Shown here one piece after another: positions 40,380 to 50,090 of a stretch of 64,000 nt of DNA. The notes beneath the pieces were generated by a model that saw only the letters and a list, made by a program, of their open reading frames with translations, was not told the DNA's origin and searched no databases. Each line of letters starts with the position of its first letter. The stretch's first letter is position 1. Location of the stretch: the NCBI GenBank assembly GCA_040217195.1, contig JAVJNR010000003.1, positions 576,001 through 640,000 on the forward strand, read 5' to 3'. A program made the position numbers and the translations under genes. This DNA comes from Leptospiraceae bacterium (lineage in GTDB: Bacteria > Spirochaetota > Leptospiria > Leptospirales > Leptonemataceae).

Positions 40380-42656
40380 ATGGCACTACCGGCAAAATCC
40401 CGATGGATTCGTATACCTTCCCTGATCTTTATATGGCTGGGAGCCCTGGTCTTTATTGGCTTAATTGTAAGAACCCATCGAATTAGATATATTCCGGACC
40501 CGGCAGCTGTAACAGAGCTGGAGCGGCAGGCCAAACGGGTCACTATTCGTCGAGACGATTTTGGAGTACCGCATATCCATGGAAAAACCGAACGGGATGT
40601 AGCTTTTGGACTGGCCTACGCTCATGCAGAGGACGATTTTTCAACCATCCAGGCAGTGGTAGCAGCCTCCAGGGGAGAATTATCCAGATTACTACTTTCT
40701 AAAACATCGCTTCAGAATGATTTTTATGCCGGGATGTTTCGCATCAATGAGCGAACTGAAGAAACCTACGAAGCTCAAATTTCGCCAGAATTAAAAAGTG
40801 TTTTTCAGGGCTACGCCGATGGACTGAATTATTATGCCGCTCGCCATCCAGAGAAGGTGGATGCAAGATTCTTTCCGGTACATGCCATAGATCTGGCACG
40901 GGGATTTGTTCATAAAATCCCACTGTTCGTAGGAACCGGTCAGGAACTGGGAAAAGCCCTGGCGGCCGAACCCAGGCAGGATGTTTCGGATAACGAGCAG
41001 TCCGGTCAGAAAAATGAGACTGGCTTACGGCAACCGCTGAAAGCAAAACAAGTCATAGAGAAACACAAGACGAAAGATGATTCCGTCCAGGATTGGTACG
41101 AAGCCTATGCTATGGTGGCCAGCAATGCCCATGCGGTGTCCAGAAATCGCTCAGCGGATGGAATCCACAGATTAAATGTTAACTCCCATCAACCCTGGGA
41201 TGGACCGGTTGCCTGGTATGAGGCGCATCTGCGAAGCGAAGACGGATTTGAGATGTATGGTGCTACATTTCCAGGTAGCCCATTGATTTTCGTTGGCCAC
41301 AATACAACCCTGGGATGGACCCATACAGTCAATACTCCGGACCTGGTGGATCTGTTTAGACTGGAAACCAATTCCGAGAATAGTAAATACACATTGGATG
41401 GGAAGCAACTAGAACTGAAGAAAAGAAATATAGATCTTACCCTGGATCTATTCTTCTTCGAAATCTCAGTAAGCCGCACAGTATTCGATACAGTATTCGG
41501 TCCGGCCCTGGAAACAGACACTGGAATTGTTGCGGTAAGAGTGGCCGGTCTGGAAAAACATGCAGCTTCTGCAGAACAATGGTATCGCATGGCAAAAGCC
41601 AGCAGCTTCGCAGAATGGACATCTGCCATGGAAATGCAGTCCATGCCCATGTTTCATACTGTGTATGCTGATGCCCGAAACATCGCCTACGTTTACAATG
41701 CAAAACTGCCCGTGCGAAAGCCAGGTCCGGACTATTCAGGCATTGTTCCTGGAAATAGCAGGGAACTTCTCTGGACAAACTATCTAGATTACGATGATCT
41801 TCCAGCAGTCATCAATCCTCCATCTGGCTTTGTTCAGAACTGCAATTCCACTCCATTTTATACCACCAGCACTCCGTATAATCCATCTGTTCAGGACAAT
41901 TCGCAATACAGCTACATAGAAAGCCGACTGACCAATCGGGCCCTGCGCTCCCTGGAGCTATTTGGCTCCGATTCATCCATATCCAGAGAGGAGTTCCTTC
42001 GGTATAAATTTGATCGGGTTTACCATCCTTCAGCTCCTATCTACCAGGAGGCGGTCTATCCGGTTCTGGAACGGTTTAAACCTGAAAATGCGCTGGAAAA
42101 GCAGGCTCTTGAAGTGCTCCGAAACTGGGATGGCACCGCCCATCCAGAAAGCGAAGGAGCGATGCTGGCCCTTCTCACCTGGAGACCTATCTGGAAAGCA
42201 CTGGTGATTGAGCGGAAATCACCGGACCAGACACCAGATCCGGTGGATACCTTTCGTCAGGCTCTGGATTATTTGCTGGATACAGGTACATTAACAGATC
42301 CATTGCATAGTCGCCAGAAGTTAATCCGAGGCGATACGGTGCTGGGCATGGGTGGAGGACCCGATGTATTAAACGCTATGCATATGAAGGATCTGGAAGG
42401 CTGGCAAAGCTGGACTCATCCGGAATGGCAAAAAATCTATGCCGGGGACTCCTTCATCCTGCTCGTGGAGTTTACCCCGGATGGGATACAATCTTTCGCC
42501 GCCCAGCCTTACGGAAGTAGCATGAATCCTGAGTCTTCCCATTACGATGACCAGGCTCCTATGTTTCAGAAACGGATTCTGCGAAGAACATACCTCTCGG
42601 AAGAAGAAATTAAGTTTCGTACCCGGAAGAGTTATCATCCAGGACAGGAGAATTGA
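40380..42656 (+). CDS. Penicillin acylase-family Ntn hydrolase (AHL/cephalosporin-acylase-like)
   Basis: IRRDDFGVPHIHG, GLAYAHAED, beta-chain start SNAHAV, NSHQPW, WYEAHL, QNCN. Confidence 0.9.
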   Translation: MALPAKSRWIRIPSLIFIWLGALVFIGLIVRTHRIRYIPDPAAVTELERQAKRVTIRRDDFGVPHIHGKTERDVAFGLAYAHAEDDFSTIQAVVAASRGELSRLLLSKTSLQNDFYAGMFRINERTEETYEAQISPELKSVFQGYADGLNYYAARHPEKVDARFFPVHAIDLARGFVHKIPLFVGTGQELGKALAAEPRQDVSDNEQSGQKNETGLRQPLKAKQVIEKHKTKDDSVQDWYEAYAMVASNAHAVSRNRSADGIHRLNVNSHQPWDGPVAWYEAHLRSEDGFEMYGATFPGSPLIFVGHNTTLGWTHTVNTPDLVDLFRLETNSENSKYTLDGKQLELKKRNIDLTLDLFFFEISVSRTVFDTVFGPALETDTGIVAVRVAGLEKHAASAEQWYRMAKASSFAEWTSAMEMQSMPMFHTVYADARNIAYVYNAKLPVRKPGPDYSGIVPGNSRELLWTNYLDYDDLPAVINPPSGFVQNCNSTPFYTTSTPYNPSVQDNSQYSYIESRLTNRALRSLELFGSDSSISREEFLRYKFDRVYHPSAPIYQEAVYPVLERFKPENALEKQALEVLRNWDGTAHPESEGAMLALLTWRPIWKALVIERKSPDQTPDPVDTFRQALDYLLDTGTLTDPLHSRQKLIRGDTVLGMGGGPDVLNAMHMKDLEGWQSWTHPEWQKIYAGDSFILLVEFTPDGIQSFAAQPYGSSMNPESSHYDDQAPMFQKRILRRTYLSEEEIKFRTRKSYHPGQEN

Positions 42657-43669
42657 TGGATCTGGTTTTTGCCGGGCTGGGTCTGAAGGAATATCAGATA
42701 CATCTGGTGGATGCTTATCTGGAAGCTCACCGAGCAGCCGGCTTCTACTATCAGAAAGTAGATTCATTTGAACCAGCCCATGCAGCCTCAGGCTCCATCT
42801 GGATACCGGATCTTGGGAGACAAAGATTGGAAGAGCTACTGGACTGGGGGCTTCCAGTGCTCCTGTGCGCTGGAAGCAAATATCAGAGCCCGGAAATGTT
42901 GCAGGACCTCTATTCATCGGGCGCCGGTGCACTATTCTTTCCTGGTTGGGAAAGTTCTTTTTTATTCCCTGAACTTCCAGAAGCGGGCAAAGGATCGGCA
43001 ATGCTAATTATGGACGATCCTTTTCGCAGGTTATACCGTCAGACATTTCTTTTTTCAGGTTATACTCCTCGAACAGATCTAAACAGTGCCTCGGACATTT
43101 CATTGCTTCTGGATGGCATGCGAGAGGAATCCAGCATTATCGTAGTAGCAGACCTGGACTGCAAGAGAGTGGATACTCTTCTTCTGTGCCATGAACTGGA
43201 CACTTACTTGAAACGAAACCCATCCATGGCCTCCCGGCTGAGAATCCTGCTGCTTAAAGATTTCCATCGTCCGGGTCTTGATCCTTCATCCATGCGAACC
43301 TCGGTGCAGAGAATTGCACGAAGAATCTTTCATCCCATAGAGGGAGCTCTGGTTCTGGTGGAATCTCTGCTTCTTTATGGAATGCCGGATGATATCGCAT
43401 CGGCTCGGTTTAGAAACCTGGACACTTTCCTGTATGCAAACCGTATTCAATCCCTGCGTTCGGATCCGGACCGAATATTCAGAAATGCATCGGCAAGATT
43501 GAAATCATTCTCCCGGGCTTTGCCTTTCTTGTGGCTCTACGATCTATTCAGAAATCTTGCATCAACCGGGGCCATTACGCTTCAACCAGACGTTAATTCG
43601 GGCAATCTGCTCTATGGCATCCGGAGTCCAGGTTCCTCCGGGGAATCGTTCCAGAACCTGAACAAATAG
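42653..43669 (+). CDS. Hypothetical protein, possibly with a degenerate receiver-like domain
   Basis: ATGA overlap with acylase; MLIMDDP...SGY...IVVADLD pattern. Confidence 0.55.
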   Translation: MMDLVFAGLGLKEYQIHLVDAYLEAHRAAGFYYQKVDSFEPAHAASGSIWIPDLGRQRLEELLDWGLPVLLCAGSKYQSPEMLQDLYSSGAGALFFPGWESSFLFPELPEAGKGSAMLIMDDPFRRLYRQTFLFSGYTPRTDLNSASDISLLLDGMREESSIIVVADLDCKRVDTLLLCHELDTYLKRNPSMASRLRILLLKDFHRPGLDPSSMRTSVQRIARRIFHPIEGALVLVESLLLYGMPDDIASARFRNLDTFLYANRIQSLRSDPDRIFRNASARLKSFSRALPFLWLYDLFRNLASTGAITLQPDVNSGNLLYGIRSPGSSGESFQNLNK

Positions 43670-44239
43670 TCCTCGGGCTTCCTCCAGCCTCTGTCGGAAA
43701 CCCTCCGGTTCAGCCCCGGGCTCACTCACTGTCTGTCCCTGCAGGTTCTTTCTTTTCTCGAAATACTCCAGGACAGCTTCAGAATATAAAAACAGGGCCT
43801 TTCGGTACAGGCTGTATCCATCCTGGCCCACGGCAGCGGATTTTCCATTCTCGGGTTCGGATGAATTGTTTCCGCTGTAGTTCTTTACATCGGAAGCGTA
43901 ATCATTATAAACACCTTTCGAGACGCTGCCCCGCTCCAGCCGAATCAACAGTGTCTTTCGCGCTTCAATTAGAGCATCTACAGATAATTGGTGGGCCGGG
44001 GTCAGTTTGGAACTCAGTTTTCCCGGGTTTTCGGCTGGTCGGGCTGACTGGCCGAACTGAGTCGAACTGCTCGCATCGGACTGAGTTGCAATGGGTTGGT
44101 CAGAAGACTCCTTCCCGGCCCGGGTATCTGGATGGATTTCAAATAGCCTTCTATGAAATGCTCGCTGTAGCCTCTGTCGGTCCAGGGCTCCATCCATGGA
44201 CTCCAGGCCCAGAATTCTGCGTGCCTCTGCCGGTTCCAC
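43562..44239 (-). CDS. J-domain (DnaJ-like) protein with C-terminal TPR-like hairpin
   Basis: ARRILGL...LQRAFHRRLFEIHPD; C-terminal ARGLFVQVLERFPGGTW. Confidence 0.7.
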   Translation of the reverse strand: MEPAEARRILGLESMDGALDRQRLQRAFHRRLFEIHPDTRAGKESSDQPIATQSDASSSTQFGQSARPAENPGKLSSKLTPAHQLSVDALIEARKTLLIRLERGSVSKGVYNDYASDVKNYSGNNSSEPENGKSAAVGQDGYSLYRKALFLYSEAVLEYFEKRKNLQGQTVSEPGAEPEGFRQRLEEARGLFVQVLERFPGGTWTPDAIEQIARINVWLKRNGPG

Positions 44240-44292
44240 CGCCCCATAGAAATACCTGACGGAAAAGCAGTACAGCCTTTTTCTGGCAGTGT

Positions 44293-45360
44293 ATGGCCAA
44301 CCTGGAAAGCAGAATCATCCGCAGTCTGAATCCGGATTCCAGCGCCAATGATTGCGCATTGATAGAACATGGAGGCCAGGCCTACCTGTATACAACCGAC
44401 AGCCTGGCCGAAGGAACCCACTTTCGTCTGGACTGGTCCCATCCCGAAGACATAGCTTTTAAACTTCTACATGTTAACCTTTCTGACCTTCTGGCTGCAG
44501 GAGGAGAACCAGAATTCTGTTTGCTAAACCTGGGATTACCTGAATATACGGATGAGAGCTTCATTCAGAGATTCGCATCCTACTTTCGTGGACTGCTTCA
44601 GGAATATGGATGTTCTCTGGTAGGTGGTGATACCTTTCGCAGCAACGGATACCTTTTTTCCCTGACCCTCAGCGGTCCGGCTCTTTATCCCAGATTCAGA
44701 ACTGCATCCACAAACGATGGACTGTACCTCTCCGGAACTGTAGGCCTCAGTCGATGGGGCTATGAAATCTTGCAGGATGAAGGAAGAAGCGAAAGCCTAT
44801 CCGATTTTATTGTTAGCCGGCATTCCGTTGAAAGCGGTAACGAAACCTTATCTGATTTCGCAGTTTCCAGACCATCCCCTGGGCGGGGTAACGAAAACGA
44901 TGATAGAGCCCATGGCAGCGCAAATCTAGACGAAACTGGATTATCCAACCTGGTTCGTGAAAACGCTATATGGAAGCATCTGCGTCCTATGGCCAACATA
45001 GAAGCAGCCAGGCAGTTGAATGCAATGCAGAGTCAGTCATTTCCCGTTAGCGGTAGTATGGATTTAAGCGATGGCCTGTTTGCCGATTGTCAAAGATTTG
45101 CGGAAAGCTCCGGCCTGAACCTGGAAATAGATTTGAACCAGGTACCCCTGCCGAGCTCCATTCAGTCCAGGGGGCCACAGTACGCAGCCTCCTCAGGAGA
45201 AGAGCTAGAATTACTTGTGGCCAGCTCGGCCGAGCTACCAGCCGGATTCGCACGAATCGGTACTTTCGGAACCGAATCAAAAAGTCCCAGAGCTGTTTTC
45301 AAATTGGATGGAAAGGTAGTAGGATCAGAGCCCGGATTCGAGCATTTCAAGGAAATCTGA
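44293..45360 (+). CDS. thiL: Thiamine-monophosphate kinase
   Basis: NDCA, TTDSLAEGTHF, NLSDLLAAGG, LVGGDT, MDLSDGL, SGEELEL. Confidence 0.9.
   Translation: MANLESRIIRSLNPDSSANDCALIEHGGQAYLYTTDSLAEGTHFRLDWSHPEDIAFKLLHVNLSDLLAAGGEPEFCLLNLGLPEYTDESFIQRFASYFRGLLQEYGCSLVGGDTFRSNGYLFSLTLSGPALYPRFRTASTNDGLYLSGTVGLSRWGYEILQDEGRSESLSDFIVSRHSVESGNETLSDFAVSRPSPGRGNENDDRAHGSANLDETGLSNLVRENAIWKHLRPMANIEAARQLNAMQSQSFPVSGSMDLSDGLFADCQRFAESSGLNLEIDLNQVPLPSSIQSRGPQYAASSGEELELLVASSAELPAGFARIGTFGTESKSPRAVFKLDGKVVGSEPGFEHFKEI
44791..44892 (+). repeat. Degenerate 51-bp in-frame tandem duplication within thiL
   Basis: ESLSDFIVSRHSVESGN / ETLSDFAVSRPSPGRGN; DNA units GAAAgCcTATCcGATTT...GGTAAC. Confidence 0.7.
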
Positions 45361-45449
45361 GTCCAGGATTTGCCACTTCTGAAGCCTGAATCATCTGATT
45401 TGTTCGGGGTAGGGTATTCGGCCTGGATTTACCGAAAAGGTAAGGCAGA

Positions 45450-45779
45450 TTATTGATCGTAGAATTGCTCCAGATGGGATTGTAATATGGCCAGGTCATC
45501 CTGATGGACGGCGGTAAACTTTAGCGCTGCAAATATCTTGCCATCCTCTTCCCAGGACCGCACTACCCGGCCCGTTGCATGAATGGTCCCTTCCAGTTCT
45601 GGGAAAGAAAAAGTTAGCGAAAGAGGCGTGCCCTTCTCCATGGCCGCCTCAGTTTCCAGGCTCACTCCCCCCAGACCAATATCCCGGGTCATGCCTGTAT
45701 GAGGCTGTTCCTCTTTCAAAGTTCGGTATTCAATACGGAAGACCAGATCCGCCCTGGGAAACTTGCGCTTTTCTTCCAT
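45450..45779 (-). CDS. Stand-alone PilZ-domain (c-di-GMP receptor) protein
   Basis: EKRKFPR (RxxxR), DIGLGG, GRVVR; start reassigned to ATG 45779. Confidence 0.88.
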   Translation of the reverse strand: MEEKRKFPRADLVFRIEYRTLKEEQPHTGMTRDIGLGGVSLETEAAMEKGTPLSLTFSFPELEGTIHATGRVVRSWEEDGKIFAALKFTAVHQDDLAILQSHLEQFYDQ

Positions 45780-45857
45780 GATCCATTTAGTGTCGCAGCC
45801 CCGGATTCGGCAAGAGTTTTGATTGCAACCACAGGTATGAATGATTAATTTCTCCCC

Positions 45858-46352
45858 GTGGCGGCAACTGCAGATATTCACCGTGAACTTACCAATTTTT
45901 CGAACTTCCTGAAGAAGCGAAATCTGAAGATTACCAATCAGCGACTTCTTGTGGCAGAAAAGGTTTTTGAACTGGGCACTCACTTCACCGTGGATTCCCT
46001 GGCGGATGCCCTGAAGGACCGGAAAGGGGAGATTTCTCGCGCCACTATCTATCGAATTGTTTCTTTGATGGTGGAATCCGGTCAGCTCACAGAGCATAAC
46101 TTTGGGCAATCCGTAAAGTACTACGAGTATATCCCCGCCCGGGAACACCATGACCACCTGGTTTGTGTGGATTGCGGGCGCATTGAAGAATTTGTTGTGC
46201 CAGAAATCGAAAAGATTCAGCTGGAAATAGCAAACAAGAATCACTTCGACCTGGAAGACCACTCTCTGAATCTATATGGCAAATGTAAATTCCTCAAAGA
46301 AGAAGGGCAATGCGAAAGGCGCAAAGAAGAAGCAGCAGACACCCTCAAATAG
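45858..46352 (+). CDS. fur: Fur-family transcriptional regulator
   Basis: LKITNQR, ISRATIYR, HHDHLVCVDCG, HSLNLYGKC. Confidence 0.9.
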   Translation: MAATADIHRELTNFSNFLKKRNLKITNQRLLVAEKVFELGTHFTVDSLADALKDRKGEISRATIYRIVSLMVESGQLTEHNFGQSVKYYEYIPAREHHDHLVCVDCGRIEEFVVPEIEKIQLEIANKNHFDLEDHSLNLYGKCKFLKEEGQCERRKEEAADTLK

Positions 46353-48510
46353 ACCGGTAAACCCTCCTGCTGAAAGCAAGAAATCGGCAGGCAAAAAGAA
46401 GTCAGCCGGTAGCCCTGCGAAAGCTACAAAGCCGGGAAACCAGTTTAAAAAAAAATCCGTCAGTAAGAAGTCCAGAGGATCTACGGCGGCCACAAAATCA
46501 AAGTCCAGGCTGGCCGGACCCACCGAAGATATTCGTCAAAGAATGTCCGAGCTTGCATCTAAATTACGATATCATCAGCACAAGTATTACGTCGAAAACA
46601 GGCCTGAAATAAGCGATAAGAAGTTCGATGAGATGCTCAGAGAACTTCAGAGCCTGGAGTTCGAATATCCTCTTTTTAAAGAGCCTGATTCGCCCACAGA
46701 TCTAATCGGTTCCGACCTGGAAGCAGGATTTGAAAAGTTTGAGCATACGGTACCAATCCTCTCGCTTTCGAATACCTATTCCACCGAGGAAGCATTGACC
46801 TGGGCATCCAGAACCATAAAATCCGAAGAAAAAATCAATCTACAATGGAAGGTAGATGGTGCCACTCTGGTGCTCTATTACCAAAAAGGTAAGCTTATAA
46901 GGGCCGTTACTCGAGGAACCGGACAACTGGGCGACGTAGTGACAGCCAATGCAAGGACCATCCGCAGCATTCCCGGCTCTTTAAAAGAACCTGTAGATCT
47001 GGTGGCCCGGGGTGAAGTCTATATGACTTTCGCCGAATTTGAAAAGTTTAATGAAGAAGCAGAAGGTATCTATGCCAATCCTCGTAATCTGGCTGCCGGA
47101 TCTCTAAAGCATAAAAAGTCCCGGGAAACGGCGCGAAGGCCTCTGCGATGGGTGGCATTCGATCTTCATCTTCAATCCAATCCGGAGAAATTCCAGTCCG
47201 ACTCCGAGCTGCTGGCGTATGCCAGCTCCCTGGGATTGCCTGTATTTAAAGACAATCAGCTGGTCACTTTCAAAAACGCAGAGGCGCTAGAGACAGCCAT
47301 TGAAGGATTCGAAAGAAAACGCGAACAAGTTCCCTTTCCTGTGGATGGTCTGGTACTCAAACTGGATGACCGATTTCGCAGATTGGATCTGGGATTTACG
47401 GCAGCAGTACCTCGTTGGGCCACCTCCCTCAAGTTTGAACCAGATCTTGCCCAGACTGAAGTGGAAGAAATCGAAGTGTTTGTGGGCCGCACAGGCAGAA
47501 TTACTCCCAGGGCCAGACTGAAACCAGTGAAGCTTGCCGGTACAACGGTTACCTATGCCACCCTGCACAATGCAGACTTCATTGAGAGGCTTGGAGTTCG
47601 AGTAGGATCCACTGTAAAAGTCAGTAAGAGAGGCGAAATCATTCCTGCTGTGGAAGAGGTGGTGGATCCAGGTCCCGGAAAACCTTTCGTATTTCCATCC
47701 AGCTGTCCATCCTGCGACTCGAAGCTGGAACGACCTGATGATATGGTCGACTGGCTTTGTCTCAACCCATCCTGCCCGGAAAAAGAGATCAACTCCTTAA
47801 TCTTTTTCTGCCAGAGAAAGCAAATGGATATTGCAGGTCTGGGAGAGAAGACCATCAGGCTTCTCTACGAAAAGGGTTTCTTGCGAAAGATTGAAGATAT
47901 TTACCATCTCCAGGAAAAGAGCGACCAATTGGGTGAGCTAGAAGGCCTGGGTAAGAAGAGTGTTCAGATCATTCTGGATGGTATAGAGAATTCGCGAAAG
48001 AAGCCATTTCGCACAGTGATGGCTTCCCTCGGGATGAAGGAAATCGGCCCCTTTATTACTGATGTTCTGATCCAGAACGGTTTCTCTTCTCTGGACAGCT
48101 GGCTCAAGCTGGTCGATGGGAAGAAGGCCCATGAAACTCTGGATGATATGGATGGCATCGGACCGGATACGGCCACAGTCATTATTGAGCAATTAACGAA
48201 AGATGAAAATCGAAGGCGACTGAAGGAATTATCCGCGGCCAGCCTTCAAATGCAAGAGGAACAAAAACAGTCCAATCTGGAGCAGACTATGGAAGGCCAG
48301 ATCTGGTGCGTAACCGGCAGTTTCGCTAACTTTCGTCCCAGGGACCTGGCCATGGATGAGATACGCAACAGAGGTGGACGAATTACTGGCTCGGTGAGCA
48401 ATAAGACTACTCATTTACTGGCCGGAGCCGAAGCAGGCTCCAAACTGGAAAAAGCTCAGAAACTGGGCGTTGAAGTAATCAACGAAGAACAGTTCATGCA
48501 GATGCTTTGA
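46276..48510 (+). CDS. ligA: NAD-dependent DNA ligase (start 46276 or 46543)
   Basis: WKVDG adenylation motif, TRG.G, ANPRNLAAGSL, VGRTG, TLHN, CPSC..C..C zinc finger, C-terminal BRCT. Confidence 0.96.
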   Translation: MANVNSSKKKGNAKGAKKKQQTPSNRPVNPPAESKKSAGKKKSAGSPAKATKPGNQFKKKSVSKKSRGSTAATKSKSRLAGPTEDIRQRMSELASKLRYHQHKYYVENRPEISDKKFDEMLRELQSLEFEYPLFKEPDSPTDLIGSDLEAGFEKFEHTVPILSLSNTYSTEEALTWASRTIKSEEKINLQWKVDGATLVLYYQKGKLIRAVTRGTGQLGDVVTANARTIRSIPGSLKEPVDLVARGEVYMTFAEFEKFNEEAEGIYANPRNLAAGSLKHKKSRETARRPLRWVAFDLHLQSNPEKFQSDSELLAYASSLGLPVFKDNQLVTFKNAEALETAIEGFERKREQVPFPVDGLVLKLDDRFRRLDLGFTAAVPRWATSLKFEPDLAQTEVEEIEVFVGRTGRITPRARLKPVKLAGTTVTYATLHNADFIERLGVRVGSTVKVSKRGEIIPAVEEVVDPGPGKPFVFPSSCPSCDSKLERPDDMVDWLCLNPSCPEKEINSLIFFCQRKQMDIAGLGEKTIRLLYEKGFLRKIEDIYHLQEKSDQLGELEGLGKKSVQIILDGIENSRKKPFRTVMASLGMKEIGPFITDVLIQNGFSSLDSWLKLVDGKKAHETLDDMDGIGPDTATVIIEQLTKDENRRRLKELSAASLQMQEEQKQSNLEQTMEGQIWCVTGSFANFRPRDLAMDEIRNRGGRITGSVSNKTTHLLAGAEAGSKLEKAQKLGVEVINEEQFMQML

Positions 48511-48665
48511 GCTTCCTCGATTCTTCTTGATATCGCGATGTGAAATCCGATTTAAGATCCGATTTTTGAAATCTGAAATTGGCTCTCCCTATGTCTAAAT
48601 TGGAAAATGATGCCGCTCCTTCCCGGATAAACAATTCCATTGTTGAGATCCTTTCGGGAACAAAT

Positions 48666-50036
48666 CTACTTCGCTGGCTGGATCCTATCCTTATCATGAA
48701 AAAGTCGCTGTCCCACCAGGGTAGCCAGCAATGCGGCAACGCTAGAAGCAAGAGCGATATAAGTCCAGTGTATACCCAGAAGATTCAGTGCAAGGGTGGT
48801 AAGAAATCCGGCCGGAATGGCCATAATCATGCTACCGAGTGATAACGGCCGCTTCCAGAACACAAAATAAGTAAAGATACCGATCAGTCCTCCATTGACG
48901 TAATTCATGGAACCGAGGGCCAGGGCCAGTAAATTGTCCGCCTTCTTTTCGAAGTAAATAAAGGAAAGTGCTGCCCCGGTTAGAAGCACAAGCGAAAGAA
49001 GAGAAAACCATCGTCCAGATCGACTGGACATGAGCATGGATTTCCATACAGCTCCTGTAGAGTGAATTGCACTATCCAGAGTGGACATGGAAGCGGCGGC
49101 CACGAGCACTGCAAACATTCCAGACAAAATGGGATTTGCAGATTGTTTCACAAATGCCACCAGTTGCCCTTTGTCTCCCAATCCGGGATCATGAGCCCAG
49201 AGAAATGAACCCACAGCCACGAAAGTCATTATTACAACTGTAGCCCCTGCACCGCTCCAGGCCAGAGATCGCCTGGCCAGAGTTAAGTTTTTTACTGCTA
49301 GAATACGCTGAAGTAAATCTTGATCCGCTCCATGGCTGCCAATCGATACAACAGCCCCGCCAACAAAAAGTGGGATTGTGTGCGCCCCATCTTTCCAGTC
49401 CAACTTAAAGGAAAACAAAGAAGATGCAACCGTGTCCGAGAAAAATTCCGGGGATGGCCAGAGTAGACCCATCAGTACAAGTCCGGTAAAGAAAAGAATT
49501 AAACCCTGCAACTGATCGGTAACTACAACAGCCCGAAGACCTCCTGTGAGACTGTATACACCAGCTACAAGCGCTGTTAGAACAATCCAGAATGCCACAG
49601 CTCCGCCGAACAATTCAGCCAGGGCCAGGCCTCCCATAAAGAACCTCACCCCGCTGGAAATATACTTCGCGGCCAGATAGGAAATCTCCAAAAATACCCT
49701 GGAACCTGTATCCGATCCCACAGCCCTGTAGATCGAGGAGTCTGTCATTTCGTAAATGGACTTTAGATAATAGCGAGCAACAAAAAGCCGACCGGCAATG
49801 TATCCAAGGCACAATGCAAGTAGGTTCCATCGACCGGCATATCCAGCGGCCGGAAAGATCAGCACCGTTGCAACGGAGGTTTCCGTGGCCACTACGGAAA
49901 GAAAGGATGCACGAAAGCCCAGGCTTCGGCCTGCCAGAAAATAGGATTCATCGGATCCGCTTTCCTTTTTCAATAGGAACGGTACCAGAAATACAATTAT
50001 TAGATAAAGGATTAGTGGGAGGTAGACTGGGTCCAT
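48666..50036 (-). CDS. Sodium:solute symporter family protein
   Basis: YFLAGRS, SVVATETS, GGLRAVVVTDQLQ, DQDLLQR, AASMSTLDS. Confidence 0.9.
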   Translation of the reverse strand: MDPVYLPLILYLIIVFLVPFLLKKESGSDESYFLAGRSLGFRASFLSVVATETSVATVLIFPAAGYAGRWNLLALCLGYIAGRLFVARYYLKSIYEMTDSSIYRAVGSDTGSRVFLEISYLAAKYISSGVRFFMGGLALAELFGGAVAFWIVLTALVAGVYSLTGGLRAVVVTDQLQGLILFFTGLVLMGLLWPSPEFFSDTVASSLFSFKLDWKDGAHTIPLFVGGAVVSIGSHGADQDLLQRILAVKNLTLARRSLAWSGAGATVVIMTFVAVGSFLWAHDPGLGDKGQLVAFVKQSANPILSGMFAVLVAAASMSTLDSAIHSTGAVWKSMLMSSRSGRWFSLLSLVLLTGAALSFIYFEKKADNLLALALGSMNYVNGGLIGIFTYFVFWKRPLSLGSMIMAIPAGFLTTLALNLLGIHWTYIALASSVAALLATLVGQRLFHDKDRIQPAK

Positions 50037-50090
50037 AAAAACCGGATTGATTGTAGATCGGACCTCAGCAGTGTTGCACTGAGCCCCGGA

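Noticed and set aside
42369..43001. 210-aa - strand ORF
   Set aside because: Antisense to two coupled + strand genes
45780..46262. N-terminal 160 aa of the 270-aa PilZ ORF
   Set aside because: Mostly antisense to fur; the PilZ domain starts at ATG 45779
48540..48580. ATCCGATTT direct repeats after ligA
   Set aside because: Only two short copies between convergent genes; compatible with chance
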